A stretch of DNA of 42,420 nucleotides from Deltaproteobacteria bacterium (lineage in GTDB: Bacteria > Myxococcota_A > UBA9160 > SMWR01). The stretch's first letter is position 1. Every line of letters begins with the position of its first letter. Positions 8,678 to 17,603 of the stretch are shown one piece after another. A model generated the notes under the pieces. That model made no database searches, was not told the origin of the DNA, and worked only from the letters and a program-made list of their open reading frames with translations. The stretch spans positions 1-42,420 of the forward strand of contig JAQBGU010000213.1 of assembly GCA_032128375.1 (NCBI GenBank), read 5' to 3'. A program made the position numbers and the translations under genes.

Positions 8678-11600
8678 TTGAACACGTTCGTCTCGAGATT
8701 CCCGCCAGTCAGATTGCCGCTTGCGCGCGGACTGCTGCTGGGAATATGGCTTGCACTGGCTGCGCAGCCCTTCGAGGACGCCAGTGCCGCGTGCCCTCCC
8801 GTCGAACTCCTCTACGACGAAAACGAGGAAGTCTCCGAGAAGCACACCGACTCGAACAAGGACTGCAAGTTCGACGAGACCGTCTACTACGTAGGCGGCA
8901 AGCCGGAGCGCGGTGAGAAGGACACCGACTTCAACGGCAAGATGGACGTCTGGCTGTTCTTCGAAAAGGACGGCAAGAAACTCAATCGCCAGGAGCAGGA
9001 CACCACCGGAAACGGCGAGATCGACCGCTGGATCCACTACAAGGATGGCACCCCGAGCACCCAGCTCGACGACAAGAATGGCGATGGGAAATTCGACGCC
9101 ACGCTGCTCTACCAGGGCGACCTGCCCGCCACACTCGAAGAAGACACGAATTTCGATGGCCAGAACGACCGCACGACGACCTACCAGAACGGAAAGCCGG
9201 CCGTCGTCGAAGCGGACAAGGATTTCAACGGCAAGCCCGATGTCCGCGCGCAGTACAACGCCGATGGCACCAAGCAAGTCGAAGAGCAGGACACCACCGG
9301 CAACGGCCAATACGACACTGCGATCCATTTCGAAAACGACGTCAAAGTCAGAATCGAAGAAGACACGACCGGAGACGGTAAAAAAGACGTCATCACGTTC
9401 TTCAGCGGTGGTGTCATCGAACGCAAGGAAGCCGATACCGACGGCAACGGGCAGTTCGACCGCGTTGCGCGCTACAGCAATGGCGTCGAGACGACCCAAA
9501 CCGAAGACAAGAACGGTGACGGCAAGCCGGAACGCGTGATTCATCTCGCCGCGAGCGGCAAGAAGGAACGCGAAGAGATCGACACCCAGGGTGACGGCCG
9601 GCCCAACCTGGTGCGCTTTTACACCAACGGCGAACTCGTCCGCGAGGAAGAAGACACCACCGGAAATGGGAAGTTCGACGTTCTGACCGCCATCGCCGAT
9701 GAAAAACCCGTTCGCCGCGAGGCCGACACGACCGGCGACGGAAAGATCGACACCGTCGTCGAGTTCTCAGCCGGAAACAAGGCCAGCCAGGAAGAGGACC
9801 GCAACCGCGACGGCAGGCCCGATGCCCGTTACCGCTTCGGCGCCAACGCCAAGGTGGAAGTCGAAGAATTCGACGAGGACTACGACGGTCACTTCGAGAT
9901 TCTGGTCGAGTACCAGAACGGCGAACGCAGCCGAAGGACCATCCGAGCGAAGCATTCCGAAGTCGCGCAGCGCGTCGAGTTCTATCAGAATGGCAAGCTG
10001 GTCCGCGTCGAAGTCGACGAAAGCGGCGACGGGCGACCGGACCTGTGGAACTTCCACGCAGCGGGCGGTGAACTCGTCCGCCAGGAGCAGGACAGCACAC
10101 AGGACGGAAAGGTCGATACCTGGATCACGCTCGACCCGAAGACCCACAAGGAAGTCGCGATCAGCCGAGACACGAACGCCGACGGCAAGATCGACTCATG
10201 GCGCACCAATGACTCCTCCGGCGCGATCACGCAGCTTCAAGAGGACAAAAACAGCGACGCAAAGCCCGACCGAACGGTCCAGTTCGCCGGCGGCAAGCCA
10301 GTGAGCTTCAGCGAGGACACGGACTTCGACGGCAAGGTCGATTTCCGTGGCAAACTGGACGATTCGGGCGCAGTCATCCACGAAGAGCGGGACACCACCC
10401 GAGACGGGAAATTCGATACGGCAGTCGCCTACCAGAATGGCGAGAAGGTCAAGGAAGAGCGGGATACCCGGGGTGACGGGAAATTCGACGTCGTCACACA
10501 CTTCGAGGGCGGCATCCAGACCCGCCAGGAGCGCGACACGCGCGGCGATGGCGTCTTCGACTCCACACTCGTGTTCAAGAGCGGTCAACAGCAAACCCAG
10601 AGCCGCGATACCGACGGCGACGGGAAAGACGATGTGGTCATCCACTTCGATTCCGAGGGTCGCCCCGCCAAAGAAGAAGTCGATACCAACGCCGACGGGC
10701 GTCCGGATCAACGCAAGATCTATGCGAATGGTGAGTTGGTTCGCGACGAGATCGACCAGGACTTCGACGGCCGGTTCGAACTCGCCACCAGCTATCAACA
10801 AGGGAGCCGGCTGCGCTCCGAAGCAGATCTCGATGGCGACGGGAAGCCTGACCTGACGATCGACTATGTTTCCGGTCGCAAGTCTGTTCAGAACGAGGAT
10901 CGCGATCACGACGGCGGCTTCGAAGTGGTGACTCATTTCGATGCCAACGAGGTACCGGAACGCATCGAAGAGGACGCGGACGCCGACGGTCGTCGCGAGA
11001 CCACGACCTTCTACGAAAACGGCAAGAAGAAGCGTGTCGAAAGAGACCGCAATGGCGACGGCAAGTCCGACGTCGTCGTCGTCTACGAGGGAGGCGAAAT
11101 TGCCAGCCAGGAAGAGGACAACGATTTCGACGGCGCTGTGGATACGCGCAGTCTGGCCGGCGCGAAGGGCACCACCATCCAAGAAGTCGACACGAACGGA
11201 GACGGCAAGATCGACACCTGGCTCACGACCAACAGAGCTGGCGAAGTCATCAAGAAATCGGAAGATCTGAATGCGGACGGCAAAGAAGAGTTGGTGGTCT
11301 ATTTCAACAAGGGCAAGATCGACCGGTTGGAACAGGACAGCGATGGCGGTGGCTGCATCGATTTGAAACAGTGGTTCGACAGCAATGAAAAGGTGCGTGC
11401 CGAGTACAGCGACAGCTCAGGCGACTGCAAGATCGACATCTGGAGCTACTACGAAGGCGGGCGACTGGTCCGCCAGGGCCAGGACACACAGCGGCGAAAC
11501 CAGCCCAACGTGCTGAACCATATCGACGCATCTGGCGCAGTCACCGTGCAAGAAGTCGCGACCGGCAAGAGTCGCAACCCCGACAAAAAACTGTTTCTCA

Positions 11601-11986
11601 ATGCAGCTGGCGAAGTCACCGCACAATGCCAGGTCGACACAGAAGGCAAGAAGCTGTCGATCCGAATGCTATTTGTTGCTGGCATCATGAGCGAGGTTCT
11701 GATCGATACCACCGGTAACGGCTTCGCCGACACGCGCGACGTCTACCAGGACGGAAACCGACTTCGCTCCGAGGTCGATACCAACGACGACCGGTTGCCC
11801 GATGTGATCCAGGCGCTCGGGCCTGCTGGCGCCCCCCGACAGGACGAAGACACCGATTTCGACGGGTTGGTCGATCGTCGCTTCGACGGCGACGAACTGG
11901 TCGACGTGCCCACGGGCACGAAGGTGGGAGCGAAGTTTGGAAAACTCGAATGCGGCAGCTTTCACGGCTTCTGGTCGAAACGCTGA
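8678..11986 (+). CDS. Large secreted beta-hairpin repeat protein with ~42 Dx[DNT]x[DN]G putative Ca2+-binding repeats
   Basis: Signal peptide ending ASA|ACPP, then 24-26-aa units such as EEDTNFDGQNDRTTTYQNGKPAVV. The ORF-track start 8609 overlaps the upstream gene, so TTG 8678 (or 8714) is more likely. Confidence 0.88.
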   Translation: MNTFVSRFPPVRLPLARGLLLGIWLALAAQPFEDASAACPPVELLYDENEEVSEKHTDSNKDCKFDETVYYVGGKPERGEKDTDFNGKMDVWLFFEKDGKKLNRQEQDTTGNGEIDRWIHYKDGTPSTQLDDKNGDGKFDATLLYQGDLPATLEEDTNFDGQNDRTTTYQNGKPAVVEADKDFNGKPDVRAQYNADGTKQVEEQDTTGNGQYDTAIHFENDVKVRIEEDTTGDGKKDVITFFSGGVIERKEADTDGNGQFDRVARYSNGVETTQTEDKNGDGKPERVIHLAASGKKEREEIDTQGDGRPNLVRFYTNGELVREEEDTTGNGKFDVLTAIADEKPVRREADTTGDGKIDTVVEFSAGNKASQEEDRNRDGRPDARYRFGANAKVEVEEFDEDYDGHFEILVEYQNGERSRRTIRAKHSEVAQRVEFYQNGKLVRVEVDESGDGRPDLWNFHAAGGELVRQEQDSTQDGKVDTWITLDPKTHKEVAISRDTNADGKIDSWRTNDSSGAITQLQEDKNSDAKPDRTVQFAGGKPVSFSEDTDFDGKVDFRGKLDDSGAVIHEERDTTRDGKFDTAVAYQNGEKVKEERDTRGDGKFDVVTHFEGGIQTRQERDTRGDGVFDSTLVFKSGQQQTQSRDTDGDGKDDVVIHFDSEGRPAKEEVDTNADGRPDQRKIYANGELVRDEIDQDFDGRFELATSYQQGSRLRSEADLDGDGKPDLTIDYVSGRKSVQNEDRDHDGGFEVVTHFDANEVPERIEEDADADGRRETTTFYENGKKKRVERDRNGDGKSDVVVVYEGGEIASQEEDNDFDGAVDTRSLAGAKGTTIQEVDTNGDGKIDTWLTTNRAGEVIKKSEDLNADGKEELVVYFNKGKIDRLEQDSDGGGCIDLKQWFDSNEKVRAEYSDSSGDCKIDIWSYYEGGRLVRQGQDTQRRNQPNVLNHIDASGAVTVQEVATGKSRNPDKKLFLNAAGEVTAQCQVDTEGKKLSIRMLFVAGIMSEVLIDTTGNGFADTRDVYQDGNRLRSEVDTNDDRLPDVIQALGPAGAPRQDEDTDFDGLVDRRFDGDELVDVPTGTKVGAKFGKLECGSFHGFWSKR

Positions 11987-12122
11987 AACTCATCCGGGAA
12001 CCGAGCCGCCATTTCTAGGGAGCCTCTCGTGCACATCGGACTCTTCGCCCCCCTCGCCGTCCCCTTCTCGGAAGTGCTCGCGGAGCAGCTCGCCGAGACC
12101 GCGAAGCGACCATAACGCCTTG

Positions 12123-12890
12123 GTGGACATCCCTCCGGCAGATCCGTCGCCACGGCGGTACGGCGACGAAATCGCGATCCCTGGCGATTATCAACACCGC
12201 GCGCTGCTAGAGGGCCCGTCGATCCAGCGCTACTGGCACCAGAGCAAGCTCGAATTGCTGGACTGGTTGTTCACGCCAGAACCGACCGATGTCGTGTTGG
12301 AGATCGGATGCGGTTCGGGTGTATTCGCCAACCAGTTGGCCTCCTACGGCGCCGATGTACTGGCAATCGACGGCAACGCGGATGCGGTGGCTTATGCGAG
12401 CGAGACATTCGCGCGCGACCGCCTGGAAGTTCGACTGGGCCTGCTCGACGAACTCGACCTTCCGGAGAGTTCGTTCGATCGCGCAACGTGTCTGGAAGTC
12501 GTGGAACACGTGTACCCCGAACAGGTACGTGCGCTATTCGCCCAGCTGCGTCGAATCCTGCGTCCGGGCGGCTCACTGCTCGTGACCACACCGAACTACC
12601 GCGGTGTGTGGCCGCTGGTGGAGTGGGCGTCGGACCGCTTCGCACCAACGGCGAGGATGAATGCCGACCAGCACGTCACACACTTTCATCGATCGATGCT
12701 GAGGGACTTATTGACCGACGCCGGCTTCGAAATCCAGACGTTGCGAACCTACTGCACATTTTCGCCGTTCGTCTCGGCACTGTCTTGGCCGGCCGCCCGA
12801 CGCCTCGATCTGATCGAGCGGCGAATCGACTGGCCCTTCGGAAACCTGCTGGTCGCCGTCGCGCGCAACCCCTCACAGGAGGCGCGCTAG
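12123..12890 (+). CDS. Class I SAM-dependent methyltransferase (UbiG/Methyltransf_11-like)
   Basis: VLEIGCGSG, FDRATCLEVVEHV, RILRPGGSLLVTTPN. The start is probably TTG 12120 or GTG 12123, because the upstream extension in the ORF track is Ser/Pro low-complexity and overlaps the previous gene. Confidence 0.88.
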   Translation: MDIPPADPSPRRYGDEIAIPGDYQHRALLEGPSIQRYWHQSKLELLDWLFTPEPTDVVLEIGCGSGVFANQLASYGADVLAIDGNADAVAYASETFARDRLEVRLGLLDELDLPESSFDRATCLEVVEHVYPEQVRALFAQLRRILRPGGSLLVTTPNYRGVWPLVEWASDRFAPTARMNADQHVTHFHRSMLRDLLTDAGFEIQTLRTYCTFSPFVSALSWPAARRLDLIERRIDWPFGNLLVAVARNPSQEAR

Positions 12891-12949
12891 GCCCGATACG
12901 TCGCCAGGGCAAGTCGCTCAGGAAGCAGTCGAAGCAGGCCCCAGTCGAA

Positions 12950-14245
12950 TCAGCGGTGCCCGTGCTGAGCGTCGTGATGCGCGTCAAGGCTGCCGCCCAG
13001 CGCAACTCTCGCGAGCATCCGGATCCCCTCGTTGGGATGTCCGGTCGCAACCTGGGCGAGCGCTGGCTGGCCTTCGACCCCGGTCGCTTCGAGTCCCGCT
13101 ACCGCCGATTGAGCGGCCTCGAACGACCCGTTCTCGACGACCGAAAGCAGCGGCGCGACGGCGTCCGCGCCCAGTGTCGCCAGCGCCTGAGCTGCAGCGA
13201 TGCGAACGCTCGCGTCCGCGTCCGAAAGCGAGCGAACCGCTGGCCCGGTTGCATCGCGGCCCTGCAGCGCAACCAGGCGCGCAACGGCGTGCGCGCGAAC
13301 AGCAGGATCGAGGTCGGACAGCATCAGACGCGAGAGCTGCGCGCGTGCCTGGGCTCCCTGGGCGAAACGCGCGGCCACAGCGCGATATTCCGCGTCTTGT
13401 TGCAGCAATAATTCCGTTGTGCCCGGCGACAGCTCGCCCGTGAGGCGACCGAGCGCGACGAACACGATCGGCGGCGAAAGCGGGCGTGCCTTCGCGAGAT
13501 TCGTAAGCGGCGCGCGCAACGATTCGAGTCGATGCTCGTCGATCAGGTCCAACACGCTAGTGATGAGCTGCTCGCTCGCGTCGGGTCGCAGCAGCGCGCG
13601 GATCAGCGCCTGCGCCGAAGTCTCACCCAGTTTTTCATCGAGGGCCAAAACCCGATCGAGGCGCACCGCTGCCGCCAGCGACATCGGGATTTCGGCGCCG
13701 GCCAGCAGCTGCGAAAGATATCCGACCCCCGCAGGTCCACTCCGATCCGAAGGGTCGAGCCTCAGCAGGTGTTCCAGCAGATCGACAGCTGCCGGGGTCG
13801 GTCGACGCAAGAACGCATCGCCCGCAGAGGCAACGGCGAACACCTGCGAACGGGAGCCGGGCTCCGGAAAGCGCCTACTCCAAAGAGACGAACCCGGCAG
13901 CTGAGTCAGGGCCAACAGCACCCGCTCTCCGGTCGCAAAGCGCGCTTGCCGCGATGGCGCGAGCTCTTCCCAGGCGATGGTCAGCAGCGCGCCCACTTTC
14001 GGCTCACCAGCGATCACTCGCTCGACACGGAGGCGCGCCGAATAGCCGTGGAGGTCGATTTTTTCGACACCCGAAACTTCCCCGACCAGCACCGCGGGCG
14101 CCTGCTCGAGAGCCACCAGCAGGCCGGCGCCACCGCTCGCCCGCGGGCCCGCGAAAGCGCTCTCCGCTGGCGACACCGCCGCCTGCAGGATGACCAGCGA
14201 AAGCCCCAACGAAGCGGCTGCGAAGATCCGGATCGTGGGCGTCAA
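12950..14245 (-). CDS. Exported HEAT/PBS-lyase repeat protein
   Basis: TTG 14245 overlaps the upstream stop (TTGA). Signal-peptide-like N-terminus; HEAT units LSDLDPAVRAHAVARL, LSDADASVRIAAAQALATLG and HPNEGIRMLARVAL. Confidence 0.8.
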   Translation of the reverse strand: MTPTIRIFAAASLGLSLVILQAAVSPAESAFAGPRASGGAGLLVALEQAPAVLVGEVSGVEKIDLHGYSARLRVERVIAGEPKVGALLTIAWEELAPSRQARFATGERVLLALTQLPGSSLWSRRFPEPGSRSQVFAVASAGDAFLRRPTPAAVDLLEHLLRLDPSDRSGPAGVGYLSQLLAGAEIPMSLAAAVRLDRVLALDEKLGETSAQALIRALLRPDASEQLITSVLDLIDEHRLESLRAPLTNLAKARPLSPPIVFVALGRLTGELSPGTTELLLQQDAEYRAVAARFAQGAQARAQLSRLMLSDLDPAVRAHAVARLVALQGRDATGPAVRSLSDADASVRIAAAQALATLGADAVAPLLSVVENGSFEAAQSAVAGLEATGVEGQPALAQVATGHPNEGIRMLARVALGGSLDAHHDAQHGHR

Positions 14246-17200
14246 GGCGCCTCGAAATAGAGCGCGTTGGTTGCACCCAGCGCCATCACGCCAGCTTCGC
14301 CGAGGTTGCCATCGGTCAGATCCGCGAGCGTGGTGTTGCTGGCCGACGTGATGCCAGACGGGTGAATCGGAAACATCGGCTCGGAAATCCCGTCGGTTCC
14401 CTTCACCACGACCACAAACCAGGTATCCACCGTGAGGCCGCTGAACGCAACGACATGGGTCGTCTCGAGCCGCGTCGCACCGGCGATCGCCGGAAAGACA
14501 TCGATGGGGGTCACCGCAAAATCGCCGGGCGCCACATGAACCAGTGTCGGCGTCGCACCGAACGCGTACGGCTCGAGCGCGTCGACCGGCGTGGTCAGTG
14601 CATTCGCGAAGATCTCTATCCTGTCGTACTGCGCCCAGGCAGGCGCCTGGATCGAGATTTCCAGATCGACGTTCCCGTTGGCGCTGGTCATGGTCGTATC
14701 GCCCGCATCGGTCAGGTCGGCGACGTCGCCCGAACCATCGGTAGCGAGCAGTCGGGTGGTGACGAACACCCCCTGCCCGCCTACCGCCTTGCCTTCGGCA
14801 ATCGAATCCGCGACATCGCTGCTCGATACGTTCACCGGAGCATCTGTTGGTGACGCTGTCCACGTGCGCGCGCCCGCGCTGTTCAGATTCGTGAATTTGT
14901 GCGTATCGGTATCTGCAACGAACGTGATCTTGTCGCCGCGGTTGAGGTGATTCATCCAGATGCCGATGCGCTCATTCAAGAAATTGCCCTGCGCGCCGCG
15001 GCCGTCGCCATTCCAGAGCTCGAGCGCATCGAAGGACTGATACAAGTTGGGTCCAACCGGCAGGCGCCGATTGGCGCGCTCGGTTGCATCCAGATCGTCG
15101 GTAATCGGCCCTGCCACCGAGGTGTCGATCTGAAGTGGGCTGAAGTGGCTCCCGATGTGATTGACCTGGACGACCGTGCTGGGGGTCGAACGGGCCCCGG
15201 TCGTCGCCAGCGTGTAGATCTCTGACGGCGTGGCACTGAAATTGCCGAACGACGGAAAATCTTCGCCAGCGGGTGCCGCCAGCGCCCAGTCGGTCGAGCC
15301 ACCCGACGGGACACTCGAATCGATCGTAAAGGGATAGGCGTTGAAGTGTCCGTAGTCGAAAGTCGTGATCTCTTCGCCGATCGTCGACGTCACGAAGTCA
15401 CCGAAACCCAGGCTGGTGATTGCGGGCAGCAGGTCTGTGTGCACGTGGTGATCAGTCGCGACGATGTTCTCGATACCCTCACCGGCGAACTGCCGCGCTC
15501 GCTTCGCATGCGTGACGCGCGAATCTGCGGAATTGATGCCGTGCACGTGAAAATCGGACGAAACGAAACCGGTCGTATCGAGGACTCGCGCAATCTGCGC
15601 AGCGACCGGTGTCGAAACTCCAGTGGCAGTCGTGATCGCAGCCTCGAAAACCGAGTATTCAGCCCCGCGCGATACGTAGACCCGGTAGTCACCCGGCTCG
15701 AGGGCGAAGCTCGCGATCCCGCTGGCATCGGTGTACACCGCGCGCGCCAATCCGAATGGCAGCACGTCGCCCACGTCGTTGAGCAAGCCCAGATTACTGC
15801 TGCCGAGCCCGGGAAAGCTCGGGCCCGCTCGGATCACCTCGGGGCTCGGATCGAAACCGACCAGCGTGATGCGGGCGGGGACCGGGTCGTCGTTTTCGTC
15901 GGTGACCGTGACATCGACGTGCCCGGTCTCCGGAATGATGGGATTGAATACGGAAGTCAGCCCTGCGGTCACGGCGACGATACCGGTCAGCGGAATCGGC
16001 GTACCCCCCAGGTATGGGTAGCCAGTCAACCCCGCGTTCAAGCCCCAGATGCCAGCCGGCATCGTCCCGGAGTAGTTCGGGCAGGCGCCCGGCGCGGTCG
16101 TGAAGTTCTGCACCACAGTCGTGACTCCGCCACCCGACGGGGCTCCGAGTGAGATTTTCGCACCCGCCAGCGGCACGCCAGCCACCGTCGCGCAGCCTTC
16201 CACGATCCCGGTCGCGACACCCTTGATGGCGTTTTCCAGGTCGGCCCCGTTCGATCCGGAGCCATCCCCCACGCCAAAATAGCGGGTAAACGAAAGGCTC
16301 CCGCCAAGCGGCACGATGAACACCGGCGGAGACCCGAGTATCGCGTCGATGATCGCCATGTTGTGGAGGATGACCGTGACGCCACTGATCGAAAAGAAAT
16401 TCGTCGTGGCCGTGGCCGGAAGGCTCGGAGTCTTCGTCGTGGTGAAAGCGTAGTCGACCCCGGCCGACTCGTCGAAGCCCGACATGGTCATCACGCCCAA
16501 CTCACCGAGCAGACCGACCCCGACTCCGATGGTGGGCGTGACCCAGACATCGAGTTCACCGCCCTGGTTCATCCAGTCGCCGACAAACAACGGCAAATTT
16601 TCCGGGATCGCACCGGCCATTTGATTGTTGAATACCGTCGTGTCGAGCTGCACGTGTCGGTCGCCGGGTTCCAGGCTGTAGGTCGTGCATGCTTCGATCT
16701 CGAGATCGCGGTCGTCGGCCAAGGCCGGGTATGGCAACCCCAAGTCGGTCACCTGGCTCGACGGGTTGACGAAGTCGAGAAGGTCGTCAGGGCCGCAGCT
16801 GCGCACGATAGCCGCAGTACCATCCTGGCCATCGTTGACGATCTCGATTGTCTGAGCGTTGATGACAGTCTCGATGTTCAGCATCGGTTGGACTTCGAGA
16901 AAGTTCTCGAGACCAGGACTGCCGACCAGTTCGGCATCGATCAGGTTGCCGCCGAACGCGCCTACGCTGTACAGGTCTCGCTGGCCGACGTCCTGCACGA
17001 TGAAACGCGCCTGGTCGTTCGCCAGCAAGTAGTCGCCCAGTCGTCCGTGCGCCAGGGGGCCGGTCATCAAGTCACCGGCATCGGTAATCACCCGCGCGCG
17101 CGCCTTGGCAGGCAGGTACTGGACCGCTCGCCCGATCGTCACCGGCTGTGAGTCCGCAATGCGAACCGCGTGCACGATCAATTCGTTCTGGTCGCGAAGT

Positions 17201-17460
17201 GGGAATCCCGGGTTCACGGTGATCGTGTAGATCGGTCCCGGGCCATTGAGTACCAACGGCTCGAAGTTGAGAAACACATCCGTGTTGGGATCGAAGAGAT
17301 AGGCGCCCGGATTCACTTCGACCTGAATATCGAAGCTGAAATCGGTGACCAGCGACCCGGGCGTCAAGATGGAGAATCCCGATGGACTGAGTCCGCATTT
17401 CCCTCCCAGTGTGAGGCCGGCCAGGGCTATCAGGCTGAGCAACCAGGATCGCTTGGTCAT
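14242..17460 (-). CDS. CehA/McbA-like secreted metallohydrolase (C-terminal PHP-like domain)
   Basis: ATG 17460 with GGAGG RBS and a signal peptide. PHP-type metal motifs SDFHVH, ATDHH, GEEITT, GHFNAYP, QVNH and DTDTH, preceded by a LEPGDYRVYVSRGAEY beta-domain. Confidence 0.82.
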   Translation of the reverse strand: MTKRSWLLSLIALAGLTLGGKCGLSPSGFSILTPGSLVTDFSFDIQVEVNPGAYLFDPNTDVFLNFEPLVLNGPGPIYTITVNPGFPLRDQNELIVHAVRIADSQPVTIGRAVQYLPAKARARVITDAGDLMTGPLAHGRLGDYLLANDQARFIVQDVGQRDLYSVGAFGGNLIDAELVGSPGLENFLEVQPMLNIETVINAQTIEIVNDGQDGTAAIVRSCGPDDLLDFVNPSSQVTDLGLPYPALADDRDLEIEACTTYSLEPGDRHVQLDTTVFNNQMAGAIPENLPLFVGDWMNQGGELDVWVTPTIGVGVGLLGELGVMTMSGFDESAGVDYAFTTTKTPSLPATATTNFFSISGVTVILHNMAIIDAILGSPPVFIVPLGGSLSFTRYFGVGDGSGSNGADLENAIKGVATGIVEGCATVAGVPLAGAKISLGAPSGGGVTTVVQNFTTAPGACPNYSGTMPAGIWGLNAGLTGYPYLGGTPIPLTGIVAVTAGLTSVFNPIIPETGHVDVTVTDENDDPVPARITLVGFDPSPEVIRAGPSFPGLGSSNLGLLNDVGDVLPFGLARAVYTDASGIASFALEPGDYRVYVSRGAEYSVFEAAITTATGVSTPVAAQIARVLDTTGFVSSDFHVHGINSADSRVTHAKRARQFAGEGIENIVATDHHVHTDLLPAITSLGFGDFVTSTIGEEITTFDYGHFNAYPFTIDSSVPSGGSTDWALAAPAGEDFPSFGNFSATPSEIYTLATTGARSTPSTVVQVNHIGSHFSPLQIDTSVAGPITDDLDATERANRRLPVGPNLYQSFDALELWNGDGRGAQGNFLNERIGIWMNHLNRGDKITFVADTDTHKFTNLNSAGARTWTASPTDAPVNVSSSDVADSIAEGKAVGGQGVFVTTRLLATDGSGDVADLTDAGDTTMTSANGNVDLEISIQAPAWAQYDRIEIFANALTTPVDALEPYAFGATPTLVHVAPGDFAVTPIDVFPAIAGATRLETTHVVAFSGLTVDTWFVVVVKGTDGISEPMFPIHPSGITSASNTTLADLTDGNLGEAGVMALGATNALYFEAP

Positions 17461-17522
17461 GGGGTACCCTCCACTAGGACTGCTTGGGAATGCCAGCACA
17501 GATTGACTGCGACTGAGGACCC

Positions 17523-17552
17523 ATTCTACGTGTCAATCGGTCTGGATATCAA
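17523..17552 (-). promoter_or_regulatory. Possible sigma70 promoter for the metallohydrolase-HEAT operon
   Basis: Minus strand TTGATA (17552-17547), 18-bp spacer, TAGAAT (17528-17523). Confidence 0.4.
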
Positions 17553-17603
17553 CAGTCAGTCTCATAGTCGGGCCACCCGTCCCCATCGAGGAATCTGCGT
17601 TCC

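Noticed and set aside
8800..11900. RHS/YD toxin or CRISPR-like interpretation of the repeats
   Set aside because: No RHS core (PxxxxDPxG), toxin tip or immunity gene; the repeats exist at protein level, not as identical DNA repeats.
14246..14863. N-terminal extension of the 637-aa ORF
   Set aside because: It overlaps the metallohydrolase in another frame and is Arg-rich noise; the coupled TTG at 14245 gives a signal peptide.
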